Shown here: piece after piece, positions 47,685-57,237 of the stretch | Numbering within the stretch: the stretch's first letter is position 1 | Layout of the letters: each line of letters begins with the position of its first letter | Assembly: GCA_022510765.1 (NCBI GenBank) | Contig: JAFLSU010000003.1 | Coordinates: 5,508-69,507, forward strand | Length of the DNA: 64,000 bases | Direction: 5' to 3' | DNA from: Christensenellaceae bacterium | Lineage (GTDB): Bacteria > Bacillota > Clostridia > Christensenellales > CAG-138 | Program-made: the position numbers and the translations under genes | Notes under the pieces: model-generated | What the model was told of the DNA's origin: nothing | The model's input: the letters and a program-made list of their open reading frames with translations, nothing else | Databases searched by the model: none

Positions 47685-48458
47685 TTATATCTTGCCCGTA
47701 ATGGCATACTGCGTAATCGCAGCGCATTCCCTCAAATAATTATTGAAAGCGACCAATGAAAAATCCGGTGCAGCGATTCCGAAGACCTCGATCCCCTGCT
47801 TTTTAGCGATCAGTCTTGCACGAAAAACATGAAACCTCGTTGTAACGAATGCGATTTTTGCATTCGCTCCAAACTTTTCTTTAATGATTCTATATGAAAA
47901 CAGGAAGTTTTCCTCGGTACTCTGGGATTCGCCCTCTTCAATGATCCTATCCTCCGGAATGCCGTTAGCAACCAGATAACGCTTCATTACCGATGCTTCG
48001 GTTGTGACCTCGCTCGTTCCCTGTCCTCCGCTCACCACGATGGTAATATCGGAATTTTGCTCATAGTATTCTACCGCGCGATCCAGTCGATTGCGAAGCA
48101 CGACGGTCGGACTTTCTCCCTTTATACCAGCACCAAGAACGATCAATACGTCCGTTTTTTGACCTTCCGCCGGTTCGCGTGAGTTAACCAGGATCAACGT
48201 CGTAGTGACGGCCAGCAGCAGTCCAAACATGGCGTATGCGAAGACCATGCCCCATTTCAGCAGTTTGCCCAGCAGGGTTGTCTGCCACCATGGCTGTAAA
48301 ACACCGTATAATAGACCTGCAACGAGCAGCGGCAGACCGATTATAAACGGCATGATGACACCGAGGTTTATGCTGCTTATCGTAGAGACAAATAATGAGT
48401 TAAGGATAAGCGCTGCTCCAATGATTATAAGTACTATCCTCCAAAGCATTTTCTTCAT
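47685..48458 (-). CDS. YdcF/DUF218 family membrane protein (ElyC/SanA-like)
   Basis: Three or four N-terminal TM segments, then the DUF218 core IVLGAGIKGESP...VVSGGQG...EASVMKRYL...ESQSTEENF. Confidence 0.8.
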   Translation of the reverse strand: MKKMLWRIVLIIIGAALILNSLFVSTISSINLGVIMPFIIGLPLLVAGLLYGVLQPWWQTTLLGKLLKWGMVFAYAMFGLLLAVTTTLILVNSREPAEGQKTDVLIVLGAGIKGESPTVVLRNRLDRAVEYYEQNSDITIVVSGGQGTSEVTTEASVMKRYLVANGIPEDRIIEEGESQSTEENFLFSYRIIKEKFGANAKIAFVTTRFHVFRARLIAKKQGIEVFGIAAPDFSLVAFNNYLRECAAITQYAITGKI

Positions 48459-48459
48459 C

Positions 48460-49956
48460 CTATATAAGTTCCTTTATAGTAAATTTTTCAATATGCATCG
48501 TTGGTTCTGCTTTCCATAGCACCTCAGGCATTGCATATATTGACGTATTGCAATCCGTCTCTTGCATAAATCCAATGACCGCTGGATTGGCTGTGACAAT
48601 GACCCGTTTTGCTCCGTCTGCGCACATGGTATGTAGTCGTTCGCGCAATTTTATCGATACGGCTTCGACCGAGAGCACCCTGCCCTCACCATCACAATAC
48701 GGACATGCGATTTGCAATTTGCTCGATAGATCGGTTCTCAACTTCTTTCTTGCGACCTCAACAAGACCAAGCTCTGTCATACCATAAACAACCGTGCGAG
48801 TGCCATCCTGCTTGACCGCTTCTCTAAGGGTCGAAAGCACGGTTTCACGGTCGGATTTTTCATCCATATCAATAAAATCTATTATAATAATGCCGCTCAG
48901 ATTCCGCAGTCTGATTTGACGGGCAATCTCGACCGCAGCTTCGCAATTTGTATCAACTATGGTCTTTTTTAAGTTTAATTTGCCAATATTCTTTCCGGTA
49001 TTTACGTCTATACTTACAAGCGCTTCCGTTTGGTCTATTACGATATATGCTCCGCTTTTGAGCCAAACCTTTCGGGACAGCGCTTCCTTTATCTGCGCAT
49101 CGATTTTAAATGTGTCAAAAAGATTCTCTTCTTCGCATAGAACTATGCGCTCCGCCATCCCGCCTTCCATATAAGCGGCAGCTTCCAACAGTTGTTCGTA
49201 ATGAACCCTGCTGTTGACCGTCAGGCGGCGCACGTCTGGTTTCATAATATCGCGCAGAGTGCGTGCAATCAAAGATGCTTCGTTATATATAAGTTTGGGC
49301 GCGCGGGAAGCATTATACGCACACTCAATTGATTTCCATGTTTCGATAAGTGTAAGTAGATCCTTCCGTATCAGTTCTTCATCGCATTCAGCGGCAGCGG
49401 TGCGCACTATTACACCTTCGCCATTCGGCCTGAGATCCTCGATCAATGTCCTAAGCCGATTGCGCTCAGATTCATCGGTTATGCGCTTGCTTATTCCAAC
49501 GAAATCTATCGTCGGCATATAAACAAGCGTATGCCCTGGCAGAGAAATATGCGTACTTACCCTTGCACCTTTGCTGCCATATGGCTCTTTAACCACCTGA
49601 ACCATGAGATCCTGTCCAATCTTAATTGAACTCCGTGAATTGCAGCTTTTGGGGGCGACCTTAATATGCTCCCCTTCAAAATTGAACGAGGACTCATCGG
49701 TTTCACGAATATTTAAAAATGCATTTTTTCCTTCATTAATATCAATAAATGCCGCAGGCATTCCGGGCAAGATGTTTTGAACCCTTCCGCGGTAGATATT
49801 TCCCACCAAGCTATCTTTAACGCCATGTTCCATATAGAACTCCGCAACGCGCGCGTTTTCAAGCAGTGCAACGCAAGTCCTATATGGATTGACATCGATT
49901 ATTATCTTCTTGTCAATCGGATAGGTTGAGAGTGATCTCACCCGATCACCGTCCAA
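48460..49956 (-). CDS. rng: Ribonuclease G/E family endoribonuclease
   Basis: S1 domain GNIYRGRVQNILPGMPAAFIDI, the DNase-I-like/RNase E catalytic region (VIDQTEALVSIDVNTG, IIIIDFIDM) and a Zn-link CPYCDGEG. The start is either TTG 49956 or GTG 49941. The GTG forms a GTGA overlap with the upstream stop. Confidence 0.9.
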   Translation of the reverse strand: MDGDRVRSLSTYPIDKKIIIDVNPYRTCVALLENARVAEFYMEHGVKDSLVGNIYRGRVQNILPGMPAAFIDINEGKNAFLNIRETDESSFNFEGEHIKVAPKSCNSRSSIKIGQDLMVQVVKEPYGSKGARVSTHISLPGHTLVYMPTIDFVGISKRITDESERNRLRTLIEDLRPNGEGVIVRTAAAECDEELIRKDLLTLIETWKSIECAYNASRAPKLIYNEASLIARTLRDIMKPDVRRLTVNSRVHYEQLLEAAAYMEGGMAERIVLCEEENLFDTFKIDAQIKEALSRKVWLKSGAYIVIDQTEALVSIDVNTGKNIGKLNLKKTIVDTNCEAAVEIARQIRLRNLSGIIIIDFIDMDEKSDRETVLSTLREAVKQDGTRTVVYGMTELGLVEVARKKLRTDLSSKLQIACPYCDGEGRVLSVEAVSIKLRERLHTMCADGAKRVIVTANPAVIGFMQETDCNTSIYAMPEVLWKAEPTMHIEKFTIKELI

Positions 49957-50603
49957 TCCATCTCGATATTTTTTCTGTTAACGCGGTAATCAGCGGTAAC
50001 ACCAAGTCTCTCGCATATAGTGCCAAGCAGCAGTTCGAGCGGCAAGCCGCCCTCAGCCGTAAGCTTTCCATGAACAAGCATGTGCGCTTTGCTGCCATCA
50101 ACGCCGCAGTTTTCAATACCGATGAGCATCGGACGAATATCAACAGGCTTGATTCCGCCCTTGGTTCTTTTCATTACGTTGATCTCACCAGACATCAGCG
50201 TGGCTAATATGGAATTAAGCTCGTCCAATGAAATCCCTCTGTTAAAGTTCATCTCGACCTCGTATGCCGCGCTGCGCATCAATGGGGTGAGCGAGGTTTT
50301 AAAATCACCCGCATCTACAGCGTCAACTATTCGTATCCCTTTCGGCAGGACATCATTTACACGAGAAGCGAATTCATCTGGCATCATATCCTCGGAAAGC
50401 TGGACATCGAAATATTCCCCATCCGAAGTATATCCAACAGAAAGAGCGGTAGCAAATGAAAGCAGCGGGTGCGGGTTAAACCCCTTTGAGTACTCAAGAG
50501 GCAGGTTAGCCCTTCTAAAAGCCCGTTGGAACAGACGCTGCATATCGAGGTGCGAAACAAAGCGAACTTCATCATGCTTATAAAACGAGGCAATCATTCT
50601 CAT
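49938..50603 (-). CDS. TIGR03936/DUF2344-family protein (radical SAM-linked, function unknown)
   Basis: 221 aa with RFVSHLDMQRLFQRAFRRANLPLEYSKGFNPHP, the N-terminus characteristic of this family as I recall it. It always partners the TIGR03960 radical SAM protein, which is the upstream gene here. Its ATG overlaps the upstream stop (TAATG), and GGAGGAG lies 8 nt upstream. Confidence 0.75.
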   Translation of the reverse strand: MRMIASFYKHDEVRFVSHLDMQRLFQRAFRRANLPLEYSKGFNPHPLLSFATALSVGYTSDGEYFDVQLSEDMMPDEFASRVNDVLPKGIRIVDAVDAGDFKTSLTPLMRSAAYEVEMNFNRGISLDELNSILATLMSGEINVMKRTKGGIKPVDIRPMLIGIENCGVDGSKAHMLVHGKLTAEGGLPLELLLGTICERLGVTADYRVNRKNIEMDWTVIG

Positions 50604-52519
50604 TATTCAGTCTCCTCCGATCCGCTTGAATGCATATTGCAATATTCCTTACAATGCTCACCGAAGCAACCGTTGCATCCACTTCTGCAATCGCGTGTCA
50701 CTATGCCTTGCTTAGAACGCTCATATTCACGTTTTAAATATTCCATGCTGATGAGCGAATCCATATGCTGCCATGCAAGAGGTTCGTCGATACCTATGGT
50801 TCGGTTAGCATATTGCTCGCAGCTAAGGCCATTTTCCATAAATGCCTCATCCCAGGCCTCTTTTTTAAACTGCTCGTCCCAGGAGTCAAATCGTGCTCCA
50901 CGCTTGTAAGCGCCGATTAGTACCGATACAAGCCTGCGGTCGCCACGCGCAAAGCAAGCTTCCAGCCTGCTTGTCTCGGAAAAATGACAGTTGAATTCGA
51001 CTCCGCGTATCCCTTTCAGTGCCGAGCGGAGCAAGGCTTGACGGCGCAAAACCTCATCCGTCGAGATCTGCGGCTCCCATTGGAAGGGCGTGAACGACTT
51101 CGGCACAAAGGTGGAAGCGGAAACCGTACAGCGTAACCCCTTTCCTCGCATCTCTTTTGGCATGGAATAGAATTCTCTGCTCACTTTGCGAGCAAGCTCT
51201 GCTATACCCAAAATATCTTCATCGGTCTCCGTAGGAAGCCCAATCATAAAATACAGCTTTACACCGTGCCAGCCCGAACGAAACGCGTCACCTACGGCAC
51301 GGAGCAGATCATCCTCATTTACGCCTTTATTAATGACGTCGCGGAGACGTTGAGTTCCGGCCTCGGGTGCCAAGGTGAGACCTGTTTTGCGCACAGACTG
51401 TATTTTTTTCAAATCATCTTTTATGAATGAATCGATGCGCAGCGACGGCAGAGAAACAGAGACTCTATCATCCTTATACCTATCGAGTATCGTGGGAACC
51501 ATTTCGTGTATCTCGGAATAATCTCCGCTCGAAAGTGAAAACAGCGAGATCTCATCATATCCGGTGCATTTTATCTGCTTGTCCGCAAAATCTAACAATG
51601 TCTTCATCCTGCGCTCCCTGACAGGGCGATAGATGAACCCGGCCTGGCAAAACCGACATCCCCTTGTACATCCTCTGAACAGTTCCAAAGCGATGCGGTC
51701 ATGCACTATGCTCATATACGGAACCACGAGGTCTCCCGTAAACTCGGCAAGGTCAAGGTCGTGAACGATTCGCCGCTTAATTCGATCCGGCGCAGCAGGC
51801 TCCAGCTTCCTAAGGGAAGCAAAGCTATCATTTCCATAGGTGGGTTCATAAAATGAAGGGATATATATGCCCTCTATCTTGGAAAGCTCGACAAGCATAT
51901 CATGCTTGTTAAGCCCCCTGTGCCTGCATGAAGCATATACATCCATAAAATCATTATTCAGCTCTTCGCCGTCGCCGAAGAATAGGACATCCATTATATC
52001 AGCTATGGGTTCGGAATTGCATACGCATGGGCCTCCGGCAACTATCAGCGGAGCATCCTCGCCGCGATCTTTCGACAAAAACGGGATCCCCGAAAGCTCA
52101 AGCATGGTCAATATATTTGTATAACACATTTCATAGAGAAGCGAAAACCCTATGATGTCGAATTCGTCAAGCGGACGCTTGGTCTCCAGAGAAAACAGTT
52201 TTTCGCTGTTCTCCCTCAGCAGTGCTTCCATGTCAACCCATGGGGCATACGCACGCTCGCAGAATGTATCCTCACGATTGTTCAAAACATTATAGATTAT
52301 GCGTGAACCCAGATGGCTCATGCCGATTTCATAGGTATCCGGAAAGCATAATGCGAATTTAAACTCCGCATCGGGCTTCATGCGCATATTGAGCTCTCCC
52401 CCCATAAATCTTGTGGGCTTTTCTGTACGCGCAATTAGCGAGTTCAATCTATCACTATCCATTAAATCCTCCAACACTCGGATTCCTCCCGAGTGGTAGT
52501 GCGTTTTTTGGTGCTCCAT
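50603..52519 (-). CDS. B12-binding-domain radical SAM protein (TIGR03960-like, function unknown)
   Basis: The radical SAM cluster CTRGCRFC (Cx3Cx2C) sits in FRGCTRGCRFCQAGFIYRP. An N-terminal Rossmann-like, B12-binding-type region is present (DIIGFSLLYE...). The C-terminus is Cys-rich (CRSGCNGCFGEHC). Confidence 0.8.
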   Translation of the reverse strand: MEHQKTHYHSGGIRVLEDLMDSDRLNSLIARTEKPTRFMGGELNMRMKPDAEFKFALCFPDTYEIGMSHLGSRIIYNVLNNREDTFCERAYAPWVDMEALLRENSEKLFSLETKRPLDEFDIIGFSLLYEMCYTNILTMLELSGIPFLSKDRGEDAPLIVAGGPCVCNSEPIADIMDVLFFGDGEELNNDFMDVYASCRHRGLNKHDMLVELSKIEGIYIPSFYEPTYGNDSFASLRKLEPAAPDRIKRRIVHDLDLAEFTGDLVVPYMSIVHDRIALELFRGCTRGCRFCQAGFIYRPVRERRMKTLLDFADKQIKCTGYDEISLFSLSSGDYSEIHEMVPTILDRYKDDRVSVSLPSLRIDSFIKDDLKKIQSVRKTGLTLAPEAGTQRLRDVINKGVNEDDLLRAVGDAFRSGWHGVKLYFMIGLPTETDEDILGIAELARKVSREFYSMPKEMRGKGLRCTVSASTFVPKSFTPFQWEPQISTDEVLRRQALLRSALKGIRGVEFNCHFSETSRLEACFARGDRRLVSVLIGAYKRGARFDSWDEQFKKEAWDEAFMENGLSCEQYANRTIGIDEPLAWQHMDSLISMEYLKREYERSKQGIVTRDCRSGCNGCFGEHCKEYCNMHSSGSEETE

Positions 52520-52584
52520 ACTATAAACAAATCCTTCACATCATTGAATATAGTTTTAAGCTAACTCGAAATTCAAGCTGCATT

Positions 52585-52613
52585 ATTATAACCCGCAGCA
52601 GTATTTTTGACAA
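52585..52613 (-). promoter_or_regulatory. Candidate sigma-A promoter for the radical SAM-DUF2344-rng operon
   Basis: Minus strand reads TTGTCA (52613..52608), 17-nt spacer, TATAAT (52590..52585), about 65 nt upstream of the start at 52519. Confidence 0.55.
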
Positions 52614-52725
52614 GAACGTTATAAGCGCAATGTGTACCTGCACAGTCCTGCGACAAAAGTTCTCTTTTATGCGTTCAGAAAGCTTACTCCGCAGCACGAG
52701 CCACGAAACGAAACAGGCTGCTCAA

Positions 52726-54072
52726 TTATTCCTTGAACAATACGCTTATCTCGGTTCCCTCTCCAAGCTTACTTTCCACACGAATCTCGGCATCATGGTG
52801 CATAGCGATATGTTTAACTATCGCAAGCCCCAATCCCGTACCGCCGCTTTTTTTGCTTCGGCTCTTATCCACACGATAGAAGCGTTCGAATATGCGCTCC
52901 TTCTTATCTTCGGGTATGCCTATGCCGGTGTCCTTTACCGTGACGGCGGGCGCGTCATTGATGCGGGAAACAGAAACGAACACGGAACCGCCCGGTCGGT
53001 TATAACGGATCGCATTATCACATAGATTATAAACGAGCTCCTCCAACCGGCTGCGGCAGCCGTTCACAATGAGCGGTTCGCCGCAGACCTTAAGATCGAT
53101 GCCATTCTGTTCGGCACTCATTGAAAGATAACTCTCGGCATTTATCGAAACCTCCAACAAGTCAACATCTTCAAAATCGTCCTTGCTGGTGAGCGAATCA
53201 AGCTCGCTAAGCTGAATGATATCAGCGATCAAAGTTAACAGCCTGGAAGCCTCAAAGTGGATCTTCCTCGCAAAATTTGGAACATCCTCCTTCTTGGCAA
53301 TGCCCGCACCTATCATCTCGGCATAGCCTGAGATGCTCGTTAACGGTGTCTTCAGCTCGTGCGATACATTGGCCGTGAATTCCCTTCTGAACTTTTCTAC
53401 CTCTCTGGCTGAATCACGACTGTGCTTTACATATGCAGCGAATGGATCAAGCTCCGAATACGGTGCGGAGATATCGTTTTCATCTATATGTCTGCCGAAG
53501 TCTTCAATCGGTGCGACCAATTTTTTAGTCAATATCCTTGAAAGCACCAGCGAAAGTAGGAACACGCAGACTCCAAGCCCTAAAATGAGCAGTATGCCAC
53601 GGTTATAGCTTAGATATAGCCCCGAAGCCTGTATCGCGACGCGCAAAATTCTACCATCGTTAAGACGTTTCGCATAATAATATGTGTCATATCCAAGCGA
53701 AGCCGATACGCGATTTAAATACCCGCTCCCACTGTTGATCGCCTCAGAGATTTCAGGTCTATCCAAATGGTTTTCAGGCTCCGCCATTTCATTCGATTCA
53801 AACAACACATCACCATCGGAGCTAATCAACGTAATCCGAAGCCCCTTTGAGCTGCAAGCCTGAAGGTAGGAATACCGATCATTATCAGTCTCGTCAAGAA
53901 CATGGGAATCCGTCCCATCAACATGGAGGGCTATTACGGAGGCGGATCGTTCAAGATCGCCTTCGACTTGCTTTGAAAACGATTTCCGATAGATCAAACC
54001 GCTTAATGCTACGGTTAAAGCAAGTACAATTAAGGATATGAAAACAAAATAACAGAGGATTTTCTTTTTCAT
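52726..54072 (-). CDS. Sensor histidine kinase (PhoR-like)
   Basis: Two TM segments flank an extracytoplasmic domain of about 140 aa. The HisKA H-box is ANVSHELKTPLTSISGY. HATPase_c carries N (DNAIRYN), G1 (KDTGIGIP) and G2 (GGTGLGLAI) boxes. Its ATG overlaps the regulator stop (ATGA). Confidence 0.85.
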   Translation of the reverse strand: MKKKILCYFVFISLIVLALTVALSGLIYRKSFSKQVEGDLERSASVIALHVDGTDSHVLDETDNDRYSYLQACSSKGLRITLISSDGDVLFESNEMAEPENHLDRPEISEAINSGSGYLNRVSASLGYDTYYYAKRLNDGRILRVAIQASGLYLSYNRGILLILGLGVCVFLLSLVLSRILTKKLVAPIEDFGRHIDENDISAPYSELDPFAAYVKHSRDSAREVEKFRREFTANVSHELKTPLTSISGYAEMIGAGIAKKEDVPNFARKIHFEASRLLTLIADIIQLSELDSLTSKDDFEDVDLLEVSINAESYLSMSAEQNGIDLKVCGEPLIVNGCRSRLEELVYNLCDNAIRYNRPGGSVFVSVSRINDAPAVTVKDTGIGIPEDKKERIFERFYRVDKSRSKKSGGTGLGLAIVKHIAMHHDAEIRVESKLGEGTEISVLFKE

Positions 54073-54740
54073 TGATTTTCCTCGATCTTATATCCAACGT
54101 TGCGCACGGTCTTTATAAGTTCTCCGCAGATACCAAGCTTTCGGCGCAAGCTCTTTATATGCATGTCAACGGTACGACTTTCGCCTGCAAAATCAGTACC
54201 CCAAACGAGAACCATAAGCCTCTCGCGGCTTAAAACGATCCCGCGGTTCAAAAGCAGAACCTTTAACAATTCATATTCTTTATAGGTGAGAGCGCATACC
54301 TCGCCGTTGACCGTTACGATATGCCTTTCGTCATCCATTGATATGCCTCCGAGCTTCAACTCCTTGACAGGACTTACATCAATACGCCGGAGTACCGCCT
54401 TAACCCTCGAAATCAGTTCCATAATGCCAAATGGCTTAGTAATATAATCATCCGCTCCACTATCCAATCCGCGCACGGCGTCAAGCTCCGATGATTTTGC
54501 GCTTACAATGATTATCGGGATACGAGAAGTAGCAGGATTTTCACGCAGCCTTTTAAGTATGGAAAGCCCATCCTCTCCAGGAAGCATAATATCGAGTATT
54601 ACAAGCTCCGGAAGCTCCCTTTTTATGCGAACAAAGAATTCCGCCCCATCCTCGAAGCATTCGGTCTCATAACCGCTGTTGCGAAGAGCATAGCTCTGCA
54701 TCTCCCTGATATTCTCGTCATCCTCAACGATGTAGATCAT
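54069..54740 (-). CDS. OmpR/PhoB-family response regulator
   Basis: The receiver domain has IVEDDENI, the phospho-acceptor in LVILDIMLPGEDG, and a conserved Lys in the YITKPF motif. The winged-helix output domain has LTYKEYELL and VRNVGYK. ATG at 54740 is preceded by GGGAGG with a 6-nt spacer. Confidence 0.9.
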   Translation of the reverse strand: MIYIVEDDENIREMQSYALRNSGYETECFEDGAEFFVRIKRELPELVILDIMLPGEDGLSILKRLRENPATSRIPIIIVSAKSSELDAVRGLDSGADDYITKPFGIMELISRVKAVLRRIDVSPVKELKLGGISMDDERHIVTVNGEVCALTYKEYELLKVLLLNRGIVLSRERLMVLVWGTDFAGESRTVDMHIKSLRRKLGICGELIKTVRNVGYKIEENQ

Positions 54741-54800
54741 TTTAACCTCCCGCCCTGTCAACGCTTCGCTTGTATTAAATCGGATTCAAAGCAGACAATT

Positions 54801-56552
54801 TTACTTAGGCAATGAATACTTTTGCTTATACTCCTTATAAATGCGTCCAAATGTTTCGTCATTGCCCGCTTTTAATTCACTCAGGTATGCATGCAAGTCA
54901 AAATTTCCGTTCTGAAGCTCGATCTGGCAAACGGCAATGTTCGAGCAATGGTCGGAGACTCTCTCTATATTGGTCATGAGGTCATTAAACACAAACCCAA
55001 GGTCGATCGTGCATCCTCCCTCCTGTAAGCGCTTGACATGCGCACTCTTGGCTGAAGCGTTCAGCACGTCTATGACCTCCTCAAGAGGTTCCACCCTTGC
55101 AGCAGTCTCGACCGACTCGTTGATGAAGCTGTCTACTGCGAGGTCAACGATCTCCTTCACAGCATTTGTCATAATTTCAAGGTCATGTGCTGCTTCTTTA
55201 GAGAAAACGAGCTTCTTTTGAGCAATTTCTCTCGCACTCTCCGCAATGTTTACGGCATGATCGCTTATTCTTTCGAAATCCGTAATGTTATGCAGCAGTT
55301 CATAAACCTCCTGACCGGATTCTTCCGAAAGCTGCTTCATGCTCAACTGAACAAGAAAATTGTTCAAGCTATCTTCGTATTTATCGGACTGTTCCTCCAT
55401 TTGTTTTACCGTTTTAAAATTCTTATCGCTATAATCATACAACAAAGATATTGCAAGCTTGATGTTGTCCCTAACGAGGTTTGCCATGTCGCAGGTAATG
55501 TTCCTGCTGTGTTCTACCGCAATGGACGGAGTTGCAATAAGCCTTTCGTCAAGCAGCGCAACGGGCTGCTCATCCGTGTCCGAAGGAACGGTTATAGCTG
55601 TAAGCATCAAGAGCTGACGGCTGAACGGCATAATGATCGCCGTGTAAATAAGATTAAGCAGCGTATGCATAAATGCAATGCCAAGCCTGTCTATCGTTCC
55701 ATCAAGAAATTCAAACTTGAATATTGCATTAAGGCTATAGAATACTGCCGAACAAATAACAGTACCTATTATGTTGAAATATAAATGTACAAGCGCCGCA
55801 CGCCTCGCATTCTTGTTCGTTCCAATGGAAGAAATCAAAGTTGTGACACAGGCTCCAACCTTTTGACCCATTATAATAGGAAGCGCGCTGCCAAAGGTAA
55901 CGCCGCCCGTCGAGGAGAGTGCCTGCAAAATACCGACCGAAGCGGACGAGCTTTGAACGATCGCTGCGATCGCCAAACCAACGAGTATACCCAAAAATGG
56001 ATTGCTGAACGCGCTAAACAGGTTTGCAAACTCTGGAACGTCCGCAAGCGGTTTAACCGCAGAGCTCATAGTATCCATGCCAAACATGAGTACCGCAAAG
56101 CCGAGCAAGACCGTACCAATATCACGCTTGCGCTCTCTTTTTGAAAACATCTGAAGGGCAATTCCGATCAACGCGAGAATAGGAGTAAACGAGGTTGGTT
56201 TAAGCAACTGAATGAGAACGCTTCCGCCCTCTATGCCGGAAAGGCTCAGTATCCACGCAGTGATGGTCGTTCCGATATTTGCACCCATTATAACGCCTAC
56301 GGCCTGTTGGAGCTGCATTAGACCTGAATTAACGAAGCCAACCACCATTACAGTGGTCGCTGCGGACGATTGGATAACCGCCGTAACGCCTATGCCGAGC
56401 ATAAGTCCCTTTAGCGGACTGTCCGTGAGCTTGGACAGGATGCTCTTAAGCTTGATCCCGGCGGCCTTCTCAAGAGCCTGTCCCATTACTTTCATTCCGT
56501 ATAGGAACAGCGCGATTCCACCTATAAGTGATAAAATATTAAAAATCGTCAA
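54801..56552 (-). CDS. Na+/phosphate cotransporter family protein with C-terminal PhoU-like repeats
   Basis: Duplicated Na_Pi_cotrans membrane repeats (GVTAVIQSSAATTVMVVG and AIAAIVQSSSASVGIL). The cytoplasmic tail has two PhoU-type helices (RISDHAVNIAE and RVSDHCSNIA). Confidence 0.9.
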   Translation of the reverse strand: MTIFNILSLIGGIALFLYGMKVMGQALEKAAGIKLKSILSKLTDSPLKGLMLGIGVTAVIQSSAATTVMVVGFVNSGLMQLQQAVGVIMGANIGTTITAWILSLSGIEGGSVLIQLLKPTSFTPILALIGIALQMFSKRERKRDIGTVLLGFAVLMFGMDTMSSAVKPLADVPEFANLFSAFSNPFLGILVGLAIAAIVQSSSASVGILQALSSTGGVTFGSALPIIMGQKVGACVTTLISSIGTNKNARRAALVHLYFNIIGTVICSAVFYSLNAIFKFEFLDGTIDRLGIAFMHTLLNLIYTAIIMPFSRQLLMLTAITVPSDTDEQPVALLDERLIATPSIAVEHSRNITCDMANLVRDNIKLAISLLYDYSDKNFKTVKQMEEQSDKYEDSLNNFLVQLSMKQLSEESGQEVYELLHNITDFERISDHAVNIAESAREIAQKKLVFSKEAAHDLEIMTNAVKEIVDLAVDSFINESVETAARVEPLEEVIDVLNASAKSAHVKRLQEGGCTIDLGFVFNDLMTNIERVSDHCSNIAVCQIELQNGNFDLHAYLSELKAGNDETFGRIYKEYKQKYSLPK

Positions 56553-56681
56553 TTTTTGCTCCTTTCCGCTCGCATAAGCGTCACTGCAAATCTTTGCAGT
56601 GCAAGTTTTTGCAGTTTGCGGTCATTTAATAAATTTCGGGTCTAATAATACAATTCTTTTATAAACTTCTCGCCTTGCTCG

Positions 56682-56721
56682 TGTAAAGATTTTGTAAAAT
56701 AATTCAAAATCAATTCACAAA
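56682..56721 (-). promoter_or_regulatory. Candidate Pho box (four TTxACA-like hexamers at about 11-bp phasing) upstream of the Na/Pi-regulator-kinase operon
   Basis: Minus strand reads TTTGTG-N6-TTTTGA-N5-TTTACA-N5-TTTACA; on the plus strand the hexamers begin at 56716, 56704, 56693 and 56682. After a 17-18 nt spacer comes TATAAA (56663..56658). This matches the B. subtilis PhoP repeat logic, TT(A/T/C)ACA spaced about 11 bp. Confidence 0.4.
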
Positions 56722-56979
56722 TATTCTGCTGCGAAGTATTGCGATCAAAGTACATAGCCTCCTCGAAAGTATAGTATAAGCTCAAATTTCTGTCAATCCT
56801 ACCAATTCTATACTTGAAAATGTCCGTTATGCTTTTAATACTCCGAAATGTGGAAACTTATTATACTTTTTGAAACAACTTTGGCATCATCCGAATTTAC
56901 GGTTTCATTTTTCGTATTAATATGGTATAATTCTAAATTGCATGAGTGTATCATTTTAATACGCTCGGACGGGGGCAAT

Positions 56980-57183
56980 ATGCTTACGGAATTTTCACTT
57001 GGCGACCATGTTGTTATGCGCAAGCCACATGCATGCGGAAGCAATGAGTGGCAGATCGTGCGTGACGGCGCTGATATTAAAATTAAGTGCATAAAATGCG
57101 GGCGCATTGTAATGCTTGATAGGGGCGATTTTATTCGTTCCGCAAAGAAGCGCATTACTGTCCCTCTCGAAGTGGATGTTTAG
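56980..57183 (+). CDS. DUF951-family small protein
   Basis: 67 aa: GDHVVMRKPHACGSNEWQIVRDGADIKIKCIKCGRIVMLDR, the typical DUF951 pattern with a CxxC knuckle. The ATG at 56980 is chosen on family-typical length. Upstream ORF-track codons are AT-rich and implausible. Confidence 0.7.
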   Translation: MLTEFSLGDHVVMRKPHACGSNEWQIVRDGADIKIKCIKCGRIVMLDRGDFIRSAKKRITVPLEVDV

Positions 57184-57237
57184 TGGACGCAATCTGCCTT
57201 TACACAGCTTTGTATGCGAATGCTGCTGGAGCGTTGG

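Noticed and set aside
52411-53025. A 204-aa plus-strand ORF bridging the radical SAM / histidine kinase intergenic region.
   Set aside because: It overlaps two supported minus-strand genes, has no SD and no recognisable motif. The intergenic part is explained by a good minus-strand promoter.
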